From assembly GCA_976551045.1 (NCBI GenBank), contig CDPCPM010000078.1, positions 3,534,001 to 3,598,000 on the forward strand: 64,000 nucleotides of DNA, read 5' to 3'. Shown here piece after piece: positions 13,000 to 26,390 of this stretch (within the stretch, counting starts at the first letter, position 1; every line of letters begins with the position of its first letter). The DNA is from Glaucostegus cemiculus (Eukaryota). Both the position numbers and the translations under genes were made by a program. The notes below the pieces were generated by a model. The model was not told where the DNA came from, ran no database searches, and saw nothing but the letters and a program-made list of their open reading frames with translations.

Positions 13000-13405
13000 C
13001 AGCCAATCTACTACTTCTGGTGCAGTTACTGAAACAGGACAGCTAATTTGCTCACAGCAAGCTTATTCAAACAGTAATGTGTAATGATCAAATAACCTGT
13101 TCTTGAAATGTTGTTGACTTAGAGATGTTGTTGACTTAGAGATGTTGTTGACTTAGAGATAAATACTACATGGAACACTGGGGATAACACCCCTGCTCTT
13201 TTCTGATATTTTATGTCCTCATGTGAAAGGAGATCGGGCCTCAGTTCAATGTTTTAAAGTAAGAGCAACCGCTCCGCTAGGGAGGACTTGGTCAGTCACT
13301 GCATTGGAAAAGTCACCTTGGACTTGTGATTAAGTCTGTGGAGTGGGAAATGAACCCACAATCTTCTGATTTTGCACGAGCAGCTAGTTACCAAAACACA
13401 GCCAT
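13000..13405 (-). mobile_element. Deu-domain tRNA-SINE (SacSINE1/AmnSINE-like), decayed
   Basis: Antisense tRNA-like head (…agaagattgtgggttcatttcccactccacagactt…) followed by a Deu-like core (ttgaactgaggcccgatc…aagagcaggggtgttatccccagtgttcc…); family recalled from memory. Confidence 0.7.
13108..13160. repeat. Perfect tandem repeat, 3 x 17 bp (atgttgttgacttagag)
   Basis: Three exact copies at 13108, 13125 and 13142, inside the Deu-SINE. Confidence 0.95.
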
Positions 13406-14859
13406 CACTCATGACCCTTGAAGTTGAGGATACATTCCCAGTTGAATCACAGTCATTTTGCTCCTTTTTAAATCCACAACAAGAAATAAAAGATGCAGTT
13501 TGTGGACTCAACTCTGTTCATATACATCAATCCCCACTCTTCACCACTGCTGATCATCTCCCTTTAACAATCCACAATCAAATGGGGGTAAATGGGATTG
13601 CAATAGATGGGTGCAATGGTCAGAATAGACTTGGTGGGCTGAAGGACCTGGTTCTGTGCTGAACGACTCTTAGTGTTGCAGGATGACAAGTTATCCTCTA
13701 ACCACCAGCTGCCTGATGACAGTTCTTCCAAAAGGGACATTGTTTGTCTGAGAGTTGTATGAAGTGGTGAGAAGCCTCTTGGACCTCATGTGGTACTACA
13801 CATTCCAGCCTGCAAATGTCTTCTTCCGACACTGCTACATTTTCACCTCGGGGCAATTTCAGGCCTGACAATGATAAGAGTGAATTTTTTACCCCTCTCT
13901 GAAACTGGAGTGATGAAACCAATCGTCAAATCTGCTTGGGATCAAGTAACTCCATACATAAAAGGCCAGGATCATTTCAGTTTTCCCTACCTCGTGAATC
14001 AGAGCTCCACCAGGAACAGTCATGTTCGGTCCCGTTCCACCTTGCCTTCAGGTATACCGGAATCACAGAATTTCACAATGTACATTTCAAGTATGCATAT
14101 ATCTATTGATCTACCTCCTTGTGGCTTTACAAACACAATCCATTCTGACTTTAGACCATTTTGGAAAAAAAACAATAATTTGGACTAGTCAACACCTTGG
14201 AGTACAGGCTCCAGCTATATGACATAAGTACAGTCCATTGAGGCAGACAATACAGAGCAATCAATTTCCAAACAGAAATATTTAACAAATATTTTCAACT
14301 GGTAACCAGACATAGCAGTTGAACTGGTTTTAATCCCCCGTTTTGGTTTACATTACTATTTGGCTTAATATTACATTGCGTGCTAGATTAGGTGGTTTAC
14401 CTGTTCAGGAATGGACACTTAGAAGCCTCTCAACAATAACCAACTTGTCTCAGCCTTCACAAGTGCATCAGGGAGTGTAGTCTACCTTTGAAGTACACTA
14501 AATGCCAAATACAGCTAATTACTGCTGAATGTTTTGAGACACATCACTATATAAATGCAAGTTTTTTTTATTGTTCTTCCTTCTGGAAACAGGACTAAAA
14601 CAGCATTAATTGGGTTTCCCTGTGATTGACAATCTTCATGAATTTCCCAATTCATTAATATATTTAGAATCAAAAATGGATACAGAACTGCATTTGGGAC
14701 CTACAGTCTTTTTCTTCCAAGTATCCTCTTAGTTACAAACATAGCAACTAGATAAAGAAATGAGCATCATAGCTAAAATTAAAACAAAAACACAAACTTA
14801 TCTGTGAAAGAGTATACAGAAAAACTCACTGAAAAGAGTAAAAATGGTTTAATATTTAC

Positions 14860-14896
14860 TTCCTCCAGAGATTTCTTGGCGAAATTGAAAATGTTG
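14860..14896 (-). CDS. Candidate 37-nt exon (one open frame reads NIFNFAKKSLEE)
   Basis: Acceptor ctttgtatttgcAG and donor GAA|GTAAAT; no homology recognised; short enough to arise by chance. Confidence 0.15.
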
Positions 14897-15121
14897 CTGC
14901 AAATACAAAGTGATCACTTATAGATGGAAAGATGATAACTGCTTTGTCAAGAAATGGAAATCATTAAAGGAAATGCTGTTCAGACCTGGTTTTACCCACT
15001 GCTACCCATAGAACATTGAGACAATTCATTCAGACTACATGAGCCTAGCATATTGCTATTGGGGCTCATGTATTCTTATCCTATGAAGGAAAATAAAATC
15101 ACGCACGCAGCACATTACTAT

Positions 15122-15790
15122 GAAAACAGAAAATGCTGGAAACATTTAGCAGGTCAGGCTGAATCTGTGGAATGAGAAACAGACAATGTTTCAGCTCAAA
15201 GACCCCTAATTGGAACTGGGAAAGTGAGAAAACAAGCTAGTTTTAAGTTGGAAAAAGGATGATGGAAGGATGAATAGGAGAAAAGGAATATCTTTGATTG
15301 GGTGAGGTAGGAGCAATTCTGCTGAGCTATCTGGTTGGCTGATTAATGAGACGGGAAGAGAAAAGGAAAATGTTGGGAATGTCTAGTACATCAGATAAAA
15401 AATTAGTTAATATTACAGGAGAACAGGCCATTTCAGATAGAAACAGAAAAAGCATGTTATCTAAATTTGTTGAATTCGAGATGGGGTCCAGAAGGTTGCA
15501 ACATGTCCAGACAGAACATGAGGTTCTATTCATCAAGACCATGTTAGTCCTCATTAAACAAGAGATCACGTTGAAAATGGAATCGAGAATTAAATTGACA
15601 GGCACTTAGAAATTTAAGTCACCACTATGTGCTGATCAGAGGTGCTTAACAGTCACTCAATGCAAGGAGGCCAAATCACAAACACCTAATGCAGTGCAGT
15701 AGATTAGAAAAAGTGCCAGTGAATCACAGCATCTTTGTGGGTCCCTGGATGGTATGAAGGGATGAAACAAAAATAAATGTTGCATCATTC
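15122..15790 (-). mobile_element. Penelope-like element (PLE) 3' fragment
   Basis: Antisense of 15461-15537 translates LDE*NLMFCLDMLQPSGPHLEFNKF, resembling the C-terminus of the PLE GIY-YIG ORF. The terminal motif aaaacagaaaatgctggaaac…agcaggtcagg…atctgtgg is shared with other PLE ends in the window. Confidence 0.7.
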
Positions 15791-16107
15791 TCTTTGCAAC
15801 TCCCTGGTCCATTCTTCCATCAACACCCACCATTCCCCTTCTTAGTGCTTTCCCATGCAACTGCACAAAATGGAAAACTTGCTCCTTCAAAAAAAAAATA
15901 CACTCATAAACATTTAAAAAAGGTTGGTTTCCATTTTCTGTCAGCTAGTTTTTCCCCCATTGACTTCAACTGGACCACAGAAGTTAACTTGGCAGTGGTT
16001 CTGGGCAGATTTCCCAACTTAAGGCTGGGAGCATGAACTGCCAAACTAGATCCATTGAGAATACACCAGTGCAGCACGTGCCCTGGGGCCAACGCTGAAC
16101 TTCAGTC

Positions 16108-17668
16108 TCTTCTTGGAGTCATAGTGTCAAAGAGCACTACAGCACAAAACACCCCCTTCGACCCATGTAGTTCATGCCGGCCTGGTTCTATCTACCTGCA
16201 CCCAGACCATAACCCTCCATACCTCTCTCATTTATGCACGTACCACCAGACTTAAGGACAGCTTCTACCCCACTGTGATAAGACTGTTGAACGGTTCCCT
16301 TATACAATGAGATGAACTATGACCTCATGATCTACCTTGTTGTGACCTTGCACCTTATTGCACTGCACTTTCTCTGTAGCTGTGACACTTTACTCTGTAC
16401 TGTTATTGTTTTTACTGTACTACATCAATGCATTCTGTACTAACTCACTGTAACTGCACCGCGTAATGAACTGACCTGTACAACCGGTCTGGAAGACAAG
16501 CTTTTCACTGTACCTCAGTACAAGTGACAAGAATAAACTAATACCAATATCCAAACTTCTCTTAAATGTTACAATTGAACCCATATCCACCACTTCCACT
16601 GGCAGCTTGTTCCACACTTGCATCACCCTCTAAGTGAAGTAGTTCCCCCTCAGATTCCCCTTAAATATTTCACTTTTCACCCTGAACCTAAGACCTCTAG
16701 TTCTATTCTCACCCAACCTGAGGGAAAAATGCCTGCATGCATTCACCCTATCTATACCCTTCATAATTTTATATACCTCTAAAAGATTTCCCCTCATTCT
16801 CCTGCGCTCCAGGGAATAAAGATCTAACCTATTCAACCTTTCCCTATAACTCAGGTCCTCAAGTCCCAGCAACATCCTTGTAAATTTTCTCTGCACTCTT
16901 TCAAGCTTATTGATATCTTTCCTATAGGTAGGTGACCAGAACTGCACACAAAATAAGTTTGGCTTCACTAATGTCTTATATAACTTCAACATAACATCCC
17001 AATTCCTGTATTCAGTGCCCTGATTTATAAAGGTCAATGTGGCAAAAGCTCTCTTTACGACCCTATCTACCTGCGATTCCACTTTCAAGGAATTATGGAT
17101 CTGTATTCCCAGGTCCCTTTGTTCCACCACACACCTCAGTGCCCCACCATTCACTGTGTACATCTTACCCTGGTTTGTCCTCTCAAATGTATTACCTCAC
17201 ACTTGTCCGCATTAAATTCTAACAGCCATTTTTCAGCCCATTTTCCCAACTAGTCTAGATCACTTTGCAAACTTTGATAGCCTTCCTCACTGTCCACTAC
17301 ACCCCAATCTTGGTGTCATCGACAAATTCACTGATCCAGTTTACCACATTATCATCTTAATTATTAACAATAGATGATAAATAACAAAAGACTCTGTGCC
17401 AATTCCTGCGGCACACCACAAGTCACATGCCTCTAGTCAGAGAGACAACCATCTACTACCACTCTGGCTTTTACCACAAAGCCAAAGTTAAATCCAAATG
17501 ATGACTTCACTTCATCCTGAATGCCAAGTGACTTAACCTTCTGGACCAGCCTCCTATGCGGGACTTTGTCAAAGGCCTTGCTAAAGTCCATGTAAACAAC
17601 GTCCACCGCCTTCCCTTGATCAACCTTCCTGGTAACCTCCTCAAAACATTCTATAAGATTAGACATTA
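16108..17668 (-). mobile_element. CR1 LINE, 3' part of ORF2 and tail, interrupted by a Rex1 tail
   Basis: ORFs 16630-17163 (…YKTLVKPNLFCVQFWSPTYRKDINKLERVQR…) and 17433-17666 (AVDVVYMDFSKAFDKVPH) are CR1 RT. Confidence 0.95.
16232..16548 (+). mobile_element. Rex1/Babar 3' end nested in CR1
   Basis: taccaccagacttaaggacagcttctacccc (TTRLKDSFYP, as in ORF 41203-41559), then the 3'UTR ending aataaactaataccaat; it splits the CR1 3' region. Confidence 0.85.
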
Positions 17669-18519
17669 GAGTCCCAAGATTCCAACCAGTTAAATGCTTG
17701 AAAGGTTACAGATCATAGCAGATCTGCTGGTTGTCAAACAGAAGATCTGAGCAATTATGTCGATTTTAGTTATGATGCCACAAGGCAGTGATTTGTATAC
17801 TGTTTCATGAACTTGACTGATAGGAAATTAATGCCATTAAGGCTATACAACAGGTTAACTGAAATGATGTTGGGATAGATGGGCAATGGTGGTATTTCAG
17901 GTTATGTGGTGTGCAAGGTAAACCTCAACAGCTTCAAAATGTTGATTTACACATTTGGATGTATTATATTTTTGCAGCAAGAATGCATCCAGGTGGTGGT
18001 AAGAATTGTGAGTTTTTGTTTCAAATTTTAAAACCAGCACATTTCTCAACTATTATCATAAAAATGAAATGCATAATATACTATGGCCTGATTTGGTATC
18101 ATTTCATTCCCATTTATATTCAAGCACTTGAAAATAATGTTACTGTCTGCAAGCTGCAAAAATTAGTCCTCTCTAAGATTTGACTGTGTGGATACATCAC
18201 ATTATATAGCATAAGTATTACTTATATTAGCAATCAGTATTTCAGAGATTAAGATGCACGTGCTAGGGTATCAAAGTATAAAAAATGGTTTCAATACACC
18301 CCAGTGTGGAAAAGATACAAAGTGGTGGGGTCCAAAAAGAAATGAGACAAAATACAAATATAGCCAATAAACTACTTTGCCAGCAACCAAATATTTCAAT
18401 TAACACAAGCTACACAATCCCTTAATGCACTAAATCTGTCATATTTACTAACGAACAGTTGCTGTGCATCAAAGCACACAACCAATCATCAGACTGTGAC
18501 AGTAACATAAATGAAAGAG

Positions 18520-18890
18520 ACTTTTTTGTTATACAAAATGCCTTTCTCAATCATAGGATAGCCCAAAGCATTTTATAGCCCTGTTTTAATACAGGAAATT
18601 CGACAATCAATATGTATGAAGCAAGCTCCCACCAATGTGTGATAGTAATCAGGTAACCTAACTTTGTGTAATTTAAATGTAAATATTGGATAGGACTCCA
18701 CAGAGATCTCTCTCCAAATCATCTTTGATGTGCTGCTATGGCATCTTCTAGGTCCATTCAAAGGGTCATCAAAACCTTGGTCAAGCATCTTACCAAAAAA
18801 AGACACCTTCAGTGGTGCAGCTCTCCTTCTGTATCCACTGGGGTATTATCTACATCTTTTTGTGTTCACGGTTTAAGAGCAGAATGGAAA
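18520..18890 (-). mobile_element. Deu-domain SINE, decayed
   Basis: Similar to 13000-13405 (gcaagctcccacc…aatattggatagg…ctatggcatctt…gacaccttcagtggtgcagc). Confidence 0.55.
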
Positions 18891-19619
18891 GGATGTGACT
18901 TTGTCACAAGAATGTAATTAATATTTTAAAAGTTAAATATTTATTCTGAAAATGCAGTGAGGTTAGAATACTACACTTGCAGTATAAACATCTGAAGTTC
19001 TACTAAATCTGAACTTTAGCCATAGAAAGAGAAATTAACAAATTGTATTTGCATGTGACAGACAAATGACAACTGTAAGTCACTTTTAGTAAACATTATA
19101 TTTTATGTACTCCAGAGATCATAGTCTAGTTTTCTTGCTCTTCCCAGGAAAATAGATTTCACAGAGTAGATGGTGTGTGTTGAGAGTCAAGCTAGGCACA
19201 AGCTAGACAGATTAGTAAGTGTTTTTTTGCCTATAATTTTGTTTTATATATCCATAAATAATGACGATAAAGTAGTTAAGGGAAGAAGAGAAGATCTAGG
19301 AATGATAGCAGACTGAGAATTAACAATGACTAAGTTTGCCTAATAGCAACTAGATTGTCAAATTAAACAAACCAATTAGTGTAATTTAAATGAGGCAGGT
19401 AAATCAAAACTATGGACAGAATTGGACAGTTGACATTTCAGGTCAAGATCCTTCATTAAAACTGCTCTCATTAAGGATCAAGACGATGCAAAGAAGTACT
19501 TTTTCACGGACTATTTTTTAGCATGAAAAAACATGAAACTGTATTTCTGTAGTGAATTAACAAGGTACTCTACCTCATCTTTACTAATCTTTAAAAAAAA
19601 GAATAATAATCCAGTGACC

Positions 19620-20003
19620 TCAGATTCCGCCACTCACCTGCACAACAGATTAAATTTACAATGCTCAATTCTTTCTTTTTATTTATTTTTATTTACAGCG
19701 TGGTAACAGGCCCTTTCAGCCCAACGAGTCCGCGCCGCCCATTTTAACCCCCCAAATTAACCTACCTGTACGTCTTTAGAATGTGGGAGGAAACCGGAGC
19801 ACCTGAAGGAAACCCACGCCGACACGGGAGAATGTATAAACTCCTTACAGTCAGCGACGGGAATCGAACCCCGATCGCTGGCGCTGTAACAGCGTCGCGC
19901 TAACCGCTACGCTATCGTGCCGATATTCAACCCATATACCTTTGGGATGTCGGAGGACACCAGAGTAACCACAAGAAACCCATGCAGTCACAGTGAGAAG
20001 ATG
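19620..20003 (-). mobile_element. Old V-SINE interrupted by a young V-SINE B
   Basis: The halves gccactcacctgcac…atttacaatgctcaatt (19629-19670) and caacccatatacctttgggatgtcggagg…gaaacccatgcagtcacagtgagaag (19928-20000) are contiguous in the copies at 43945 and 48340. Confidence 0.65.
19680..19922 (-). mobile_element. V-SINE subfamily B (CR1-like tail), young full-length copy
   Basis: Antisense reads ggcacgatagcgtagcggttagcgcgacg… with A box, B box GGTTCGATTCC, V-domain, tail gggctgaaagggcctgttaccacgctgta and an A-rich end; CpGs retained. Confidence 0.92.
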
Positions 20004-21404
20004 CCGCTTTCAATTAGTAAATAGGCTAGAATTCTGTATTTCCATTCTTATTTTTAAAACACCATAGTTTCATTGCTTATTGCATTGAGTCACAGCTGAA
20101 TTTCTTAGGCTTTGGAAGAAATCCTTCAGGGTTTGGAAGGTTTTGGATATGTTGAGCTCAAAGAATTGACAGTTAAGAATCTTTGTTAATAATTAACTCC
20201 AAGACAGAAGTCAACATTTTAAAAAGTATCAGAGAAACACAAGTACTGACCACCCTTGGGTTATGAACACCTGACCTATGGACAATGCCTTTATATAAAC
20301 GAATTCCCATAACATTATTAAATTCAAAGGTCTGACATACATACATACATATATCTGTTCCTATGAATAGCAGAACTAGTTTCCTTTCTCTCTCCACTTT
20401 GAGTGACAGTTCTTTCTTATCAGTCTTATGTGCTTTTGATGCCATTTATTACAATACTGTGTGGGTTATGATTACCATTGTGCGATTTTTGTGGACAAAA
20501 TCAACTTACAGATGCCTGTAAAACTGAACTTGTTCATTATCCAGGGACAGCCTGTAAATTGCAACTTTAATACTAAACAGAAATTTAGCCTTATCATGAC
20601 TCTGGAGGACATAACTGCACGTATAACCACACTTCATCAGTAAAATTCAGTGCAGAACAACCTGTGCACCAACCACTGATTTCCCAAAATGGCAAATAAA
20701 TACACACAACTATGTGAAAGGGAGTGGATGAGAAACTTCAGAGAATAAGTGCCTCTGCAAGATACACCAACAAGTTAGAAAATGGTGCAGAGCCAGAAAT
20801 GGGCAAATGATCATTTATCTGTTCTCAGGATCACAGATCACTTGCAAGGACTTAAGCAAAAGTGTTCAGATGCTTACACAATGAAGTCACATGGTTTACA
20901 TATACAACCATTAATGGAAAGCTGGGGAAGGGATTTAAAAGTATGGACTTCTGCTGTGGTTCACTATCTCTTGTTCTCCCTACAGCCTCTGACATGGTTG
21001 ACTCATCCATGCTTCTTGCATACTCAAGGACTGTTCAGTAGTGTCACCATCCTTTCCTGGTTTCATCCTTGCATATAAAATTGTAGTCAGAAAACTTCCA
21101 GCAATGGCATCTCTCCCAGCTGCCATCACTTTGGTACCCCATCTTACCCCATGCTACCCACCTCCCACCATTTCTGATGCCTTCATCAACATGCAGTCTC
21201 ACGATGACTGAGTCATCCACAGTCATGATGTCAGTTCCAGCTGTATACCAAAACATCTCCTACAACCTCTGTGATGCATTTAGAAACTCCAATTGTAGTG
21301 TCGTCTGACAGAGTACAGTAAAGCTGTTAATTGCAAATAATCTGTTTTGAGGAAATTCAAGTAAAGAGAGTGGAATGAGGATAGATAAGAAATAAAACAA
21401 ATGC

Positions 21405-22180
21405 TTCTAGAATTTTAAAATGGAATTCTCAAAATACCCAGCAGGCCAAGGAGAATAATTGAGTTAATATTACTGGTGGATGAGTTTGCATCAAAACCGA
21501 TCAGTCCTGACAAAACAGGAAAGCCTAATTTCTGAAGTTGTTGAATTTATTATCAAGTCCAGATGGCTGCAACGTGGCCAGATGGAAGAAGATATAATGT
21601 TCCTCAAGCTAACGGCAGACATCTTTAGGACCATTAGGAGGCCAAAGGCAGAGAGAGAGAGTGAGAGACATCTGAATAGGAGAATGGAGAATTAATGAGA
21701 CAGGCAACTGAAAGCTCACGATCATCCTTGCATATTGAATGGAGGTATGCTGCTGACCATCAACCAATCAGTTATTGGCTTCCTTAATCTAGCGATCACC
21801 ACAAAGGCACTGAATCCTGCTCACCAGATTACAAATCCAAGTGAATTGCTGCTTCACCTTAAAGTGTTTCTGTCTTTGAATGGTGGCAAGGAAGAAGAAG
21901 AAGAAAGGCAGAGATCACATTTCACAGCCCCATCTCCTATATGACTGCAGAGAAGGGGAGAGAGCACTGCACCAAAGATTGGGAGAGGAAATGGTACCTT
22001 TGGAAGGTTGATGGGGCGGGGAAGACATGTTTGGTAGTGCTGGCATCTCAATGAAATTGATTCACTGAACGTGGAGGCTGGTGGAGGGGAAGGCAAGGAC
22101 ATGCAGAACTATCCCTGCTCTGGGAGGGAGAAGAGCAGAAGTGAAGGTAATGGAACAGACAATATTGAGAGCCCTGCTAA
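21405..22180 (-). mobile_element. Penelope-like element 3' fragment
   Basis: Antisense of 21531-21608 translates LEEHYIFFHLATLQPSGLDNKFNNFR (PLE ORF C-terminus); collinear with 15122-15790. Confidence 0.7.
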
Positions 22181-22184
22181 TTAC

Positions 22185-23275
22185 ATCATAGAGTTACAGA
22201 GTTGTACAGCATAGATAAAGGCCCTTCGGCCCATGATATCTATGCTGGCCATCACACCCAGCTACACTAATCCCACTTGCTTTCATTAATTCCACATCCC
22301 TCAGTGCCCTGCTCATTCAAGTACCCATCCAGATGTTACTGTTACTGTTCCGGCCTCCACTGGTAGCTCATTCCAGAAACTAACTAGTCTTTGTGCGAAA
22401 AATTTACCTCTCAGTTCCCCTTTAAATATTTCCTCTCTCACCTTAAACCTACGACCTCATGTTTTAGACACCCCTACATGGGAACCAGACATTAGCTATC
22501 TACCTTATCTATGCCTCCTATAATTTTATATGCCTCTATCATCACCTGCCAGCTCCGTTCGCTCGAGGGATAACAGACCAGCCTATCCTACCTCTCCTGA
22601 TAACTCAAGCGCTCCAACCCAGGGAACATCCTTGTGAATCTTTTCTGCACACTCTCTAGCTTAATGTCATCTTTCCTGTAGTGAGATTACCAGCACTGCA
22701 CACAATAGTCCAACGACAGCCTAACCAATGTTTTGTACATCTGGAACGCGACAGCCCAACTCCAAACTCAGTGCCTTGGCTGATGAAGGCAAGCAAGCCA
22801 TACATCTTCCTCACACCGTCTACCTGCAATGCAATTTTCAGGGAGCTCTATACATGTATCCCAAGCACACTGCACAGCCCCCTGCCATTCAGTGTGCATG
22901 TCCTACCCTGGTTTATCTTCCCAAAATGCATCACGTCTCACTTGTGAGTTAAATTCTACCTGCAATTCCCTTGCTCACTTTCCCAGTTGATCTATATCCT
23001 GTAGTAACCTTAGACAACCTACTTCGTTGTCTACTATACCACCAATTTTGGTGTAATCTGCAAATTTAATAATTATGCCACCTGCATTCTCATCCAAATC
23101 ATTAAAATATATGACAAACAACAGAGGTCCCAGCACCAGTCTCTGTGGCATACCACTCATCACAGGCCTCCAATCTGAAAAACCCTCCAGTACATCCTCT
23201 GCCTCCTATCACAAAGCAACTTGGTATCCACTTTGCTAGCTCACCCTTGATCCCATTTGTCCTAATCTTCCGGTC
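22185..23275 (-). mobile_element. Decayed CR1 LINE 3' fragment
   Basis: ORF 22975-23163 SGMPQRLVLGPLLFVIYFNDLDEN…KFADYTKIGG is the CR1 RT catalytic region; CR1 tail near 22190-22250. Confidence 0.92.
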
Positions 23276-23499
23276 TTTCTGTGGTTAAAGAAAATGGAAG
23301 ACATTTTAGAATTGGACATAATTGTTCCTACACACTATCCTCCATCTTCATAAATTGCCCCCAGCTAGTGCTCAGATCATCCTAGTACTGTCCTCACAGT
23401 TGTGTTTTTTCCCCCTGGGTTTAGTTAGCATGCTCTGAACTGCAAAATAATCCACTGCCAAGAAACTGACTAATTTGGGGATTTAATTTTAATTTTTTT

Positions 23500-23742
23500 T
23501 AAATTTTATTTAAAGCATGGTAACAGGCCCTTTCAGCCCTCCGAGTCCACGCCGCCCATTTTTAACCCCCAAATTAACCTAACCGTACATCTTTTAGAAT
23601 GTGGGAGGAAACCGGAGCACCCAGAGGAAACCCACGCAGACACGGGAGAACGTACAAACTCCTTACAGACAGTGATGGGAATCGAACCCCAATCGCTGGC
23701 GCTGTAACAGCGTCGCGGCTAACCGCTACGCTATCGTGCCAC
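23500..23742 (-). mobile_element. V-SINE subfamily B, full length
   Basis: Near-identical to 19680-19922. Confidence 0.92.
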
Positions 23743-25239
23743 CCTAGAAGCTATGATCTAAAAGTAAATAGCCAATAGAAAATTGCACTTCCAAAATAAA
23801 ACAAAAAAGAATCAACTTAACCCTAAGTGCAACTATATATTGAAGACTACAAACACTGCATGTGGTTCCATGACTAACATACAGGGAGTTTCACTTTCAG
23901 AAAGATGTACGGGTAGAAGCTGTGCTACACTGCACTAGCACAAAATTACACTGTGTACATGTCTCACTGATTCTTAAGTATGTGAAAAGAAAACTGACTG
24001 GCAATTAAGGAATAACATCCAAAAGTAAAAGTCATTCTTTTCAGACTATTAATTTAATTTTTTGTGCATCTATGTCACAATTAAGATGTCAGAAAAATCT
24101 GAATGTGAAATTTTCGTACTTCCACTCTTAACTGCAAGAAATTCACAGCACGTCTTGTCCTTCCTTCCGCCTTTGGTTTTATTACAGGTCCTAATGGAAG
24201 GAGCATTTCAAAATTTAGGAGGAGGAATCATAATTATTGATTTATACTTGCAGCAGATTAACTGGAAACAATTATCTAAAAGCACCTACCAAGAAATATA
24301 CTACAGAACACTGAACTGTTTCAATTGAACGTGGTGAAAGCTCAGAGATACATCCAGTGACAGCACTGCAGCAAAGCATTTTTCTTCATTTTTTCCTAGA
24401 CTTTGAAAGGATATGATGTGACAACATTCTTCACTATACCATTAGTTTGTTCATATTTTCAACTAAATCAGCCTGTTTCCAAGTGGTAAATTTTAATATC
24501 TGAAATGTTCTTGGAATCAATATCAGTCTCTCTTAATTGATATTGAGTTGCTTCCAAGATAAGGTGGAGGCTCCAAGTCCCAGAGTGAAAAGTCAATGCT
24601 TGTCCCCCAATCATTTTTACTCGAATACTTTAATCTAATCCTTTAGTTCTAGTTTACAAAATACCATTAAAATTCTAATGTCTTAGTTTTGGAAAATTCT
24701 ACTCAGGTGAAAATAACTAAGAGCTAAATAATTTGTTGGTGTTATGTGGACAAACATGTTCTTCAAACGTTAGTGGAAATCTACCACCTTACTTCCTCAA
24801 TTAAGCTTTTAAAACAGAAGTTGATTTTGTAAGACAATGATTTTAAGGGCTATATAAGCTACAATACAAAGTAACTGTGATCAACAGAATGGAAGAGGCT
24901 TAATAACCTTAATGGACTTCTATGTTTCTTAAAAATTCAAGTGCAAATCTTCCAACACTTGGCCCACTGGAAGTAACGAAAAGTGCTTCAGAAAGCAAGA
25001 GAAACCAGTTCCTTTGGCTTGGAAGCAATTAATCTGTGTCCCATTGTTGGCAAAATGTTTCTTCTTTTTTGCAAGCCCTAGATTTCAAGTACTGGAGAGA
25101 GTCAGATCTAATAGCATAATCCTTTCTCAAAATCAGTCTCATAATTCACAGGTCAAGCTGACAATAAAATACTGAACAGACTACAACTTCCTTAACTTGA
25201 AGAACCTTATCTACGTCAGCAACATAGCGGCTACAAACT

Positions 25240-25350
25240 GAGGTTAGTCTGTGGTTCCCACATTGGCCTCATCAACCACCTCAGAACCCACAAAACTAGA
25301 GTGAAAGCAAGTAATACTCAATCCCATGAGACTGCAGAAGAGAGAAGACA
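25240..25350 (+). mobile_element. RTE-clade LINE 3' end remnant
   Basis: Translates CGSHIGLINHLRTHK, like RTE ORF C-termini (…IGLxSHLRTH), followed by a short tail ending in a gaaga-rich run; related antisense piece at 57184-57230. Confidence 0.6.
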
Positions 25351-26214
25351 ATACACTTAGTTGAGCTTATTCCACCAGCTCCTGAAATTGCAGTTTAATT
25401 TGAAACTTACTGAACTCACTCTCTGTGGATGCAGAGGGAATTCGCCCAATCTTTTTTTTAATACCCAATGCAAGAACAACATTGTTGCTTAAAAACTGAT
25501 TCAACCACAAAACTTGGTGGATTGGCCATGTAAGATGCACTCACATAAAAGACTTGTTTAATCCTTATTAAGTATCTGACAATTTTACACAGGATGCTAT
25601 GTGAGAAAATAATATCGATCAATCTCATGTCAAAGAACTGAACTTACCTCAAAAGAATTCACTCAACCTGCAGGCAGTCATGCTATCTCAAGTAATTTAC
25701 ATTCATCCTAATACCAAAGACCCCTCAGCAACTGACATGCCCCCCCCCCCCCGCACACAATATATGGCATCCAACAGTAGCACAATGTACTGATATATTA
25801 GAGCATAACAGCATTTTAGGAGCAATAATTCCCTTCTTCAACTCTCAAGTTTAGAAAACAATTATTTTGATGCTTTGAAAATGATAGAATGTCTGTTTCC
25901 AAGTTGCCTTTTCGAAACTCTGCTAAAGCACTAAAGGTTTGCTGGGGTACATTTGATTTAGTGTCATCAATCCTTGTCGAGTCTTCAATTGAATACCAAG
26001 CAATAACTGTAAATTTGACTATAATGGCACGTCACATGGAACCCTAACTAGTTTCCATTGAGATTTTCCATTGATATTCTGGCTATATGGCTATCCAGTC
26101 AGAATAGCTGGATGGCACCAGCAATGGAGGCTCTGACCAATTTTGCCGGCAATATCAATTAACAGACCCTTGACTGAAATCAGCTAATTGAGCACAGAAC
26201 AGTGAATCAAACAA

Positions 26215-26390
26215 GAATAAAAACAAAAAATGTTCAGCAGACCAGGTAACTTCTGTTCAGAGAGCCATCTTTTTAGGTCAATGGCCTATCATTGGAAACA
26301 CCAGAAGAAAGATGCAGGTGGATCTAAAATGTTAACTGTTTCTTTCTCCACAGATGCTGGATTTTGCTGCATTTTCTGTTTTTACTGCAA
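26215..26390. mobile_element. Degenerate PLE-derived inverted-repeat remnant
   Basis: Left aaaacaaaaaatgttcagcagaccaggtaacttctg and right gttaactgtttctttctccacagatgctgg…gcattttctgtttt are PLE terminal motifs in opposite orientation. Confidence 0.5.

Noticed and set aside
13108-13160. Short direct repeats as a possible CRISPR-like array (also 27835-27870, 46636-46674)
   Set aside because: Head-to-tail tandem repeats without spacers, in eukaryotic DNA.
13698-14188. Overlapping 74-aa (-) and 132-aa (+) ORFs in unique sequence
   Set aside because: No recognisable domain and no convincing acceptor/donor pair; compatible with chance.
19860-19922. tRNA-like sequence with A and B boxes (also at 6373, 8124, 23700, 27330, 49800)
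   Set aside because: These are SINE heads continuing into the V-domain, not tRNA genes.
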